Below are positions 63,356 through 64,000 of a stretch of DNA of 64,000 nt, in pieces. Source of the DNA: a virus; IMG/VR virus record IMGVR_UViG_3300027741_000027, positions 72,022-136,021 of that record; one strand, 5' to 3'. A program made the translations under genes and the position numbers. The notes under the pieces are model-generated. The model saw only the letters and a program-made list of their open reading frames with translations. It ran no database searches and was not told where the DNA came from. Each line of letters starts with the position of its first letter. Positions within the stretch are counted from its first letter, which is position 1.

Positions 63356-63551
63356 GTACCGTCAACAGAGGGCGCACGATTTGGCTTTATCTTGTCGTCG
63401 CTGTGGTTATCCTACCGATGCACAATTAAACACAAGAACGTCAAAGTGGACGACTTGGTGCGAATGCGGTAAAACAGGGAGTCATTTAAAGTCTGACATT
63501 GATAAAGAAGTTGAAGAACTGATTAAAACTATTCCTAATAAACGCAAGTGA
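63348..63551 (+). CDS. Small Zn-ribbon protein
   Basis: CRRCG...WCECG; coupled. Confidence 0.65.
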   Translation: MSEYRQQRAHDLALSCRRCGYPTDAQLNTRTSKWTTWCECGKTGSHLKSDIDKEVEELIKTIPNKRK

Positions 63552-64000
63552 AAAAATACTTTGACATTGTAAACACCATTGATGTTGATGAGTTTGAGAG
63601 CGCCATTGGTTTTGAGCCAATGGGTCGAAGCGAAAATGGTGAGGATTGGGGTCAATGCCCAGATCCGTGGAGCATGCACAAGCATGGCGATAGAACCGGC
63701 AAATTTTCAATCAATAGAGAGAAGAGGGTTTTTAATTGCTTTGTTTGTGGTGGCGGTAGCCTGCTTTCATTAACTATGGCTGTGCGCGATTGCACCGAAG
63801 GTGATGCAATCAACTGGCTACATCAGTTTGCATCTAAAACCAATCAAACTAACGAGGGTTTTCTTGAAGAAATCAGTCGAATGTTGACTGATAAAGCAGT
63901 GGAGGAAAAACCTAGCCTGCCTTGGTTTAATAAAAATGTGTTAAAGCAATGGGAGGGGCAAGATCATGAGTGGTTTACCGAAAGAGGTATTACCGACGAT
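63548..64000 (+). CDS. DNA primase, N-terminal CHC2 Zn-binding domain (partial, runs off the window)
   Basis: Manual translation from GTG: ...QCPDPWSMHKHGDRTGKFSINREKRVFNCFVCGGGS...WFTERGI. Confidence 0.85.
   Translation, partial: MKKYFDIVNTIDVDEFESAIGFEPMGRSENGEDWGQCPDPWSMHKHGDRTGKFSINREKRVFNCFVCGGGSLLSLTMAVRDCTEGDAINWLHQFASKTNQTNEGFLEEISRMLTDKAVEEKPSLPWFNKNVLKQWEGQDHEWFTERGITDD

Noticed and set aside
1-64000. Stop-codon reassignment
   Set aside because: Long genes are intact in the standard code, all three stops terminate genes, and no suppressor tRNA is present
1-64000. Nucleus-forming jumbo phage, retron or DGR system
   Set aside because: No chimallin, PhuZ, multisubunit RNA polymerase or reverse transcriptase motifs recognisable in this window

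Overview
This window is a 64-kb fragment of a large tailed dsDNA bacteriophage genome. It carries a terminase large subunit, portal, tail-fibre-like genes, a three-domain endolysin, five tRNAs, class II ribonucleotide reductase, a DnaC-like loader, a DnaB-like helicase and a primase. An actinobacterial host is inferred from frequent leaderless extended -10 promoters and gene families typical of actinophages. Layout: (i) 1-4.4 kb, structural/accessory genes sharing a repeated small beta-domain; (ii) 4.4-18.9 kb, a minus-strand early/host-takeover region of about 45 small genes. These are driven by repeated promoter cassettes carrying a tandem box TTT[A/G]C-N6-TTTAC (19 copies found by eye), and the region includes a probable ~300-nt non-coding RNA and an AT-rich iteron-like segment; (iii) 19-34 kb, giant modular proteins of 2504, 890, 650 and 499 aa built from PcfJ-like, DnaJ-type Zn-finger, papain-like, GNAT, SWIM and nucleotidyltransferase domains; (iv) 34-52 kb, nucleotide metabolism, portal, head-associated proteins, terminase, fibres and lysis; (v) 52-57.5 kb, the tRNA cluster with an embedded deaminase, then an AT-rich glycoside-hydrolase tail-type protein; (vi) 57.5-64 kb, replication. 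There are two best candidates for an undescribed system. The first is a set of putative virion-packaged polyproteins in which each PcfJ module is preceded by a conserved H-x4/5-G-[EK]-P-C-x-C-[GA]-[FY]-G tag and a [KR]-x-A junction, suggesting capsid targeting and protease processing. The second is the TTTAC direct-repeat early regulon with its ncRNA. All assignments are from motif recognition by eye; no database searches were run.
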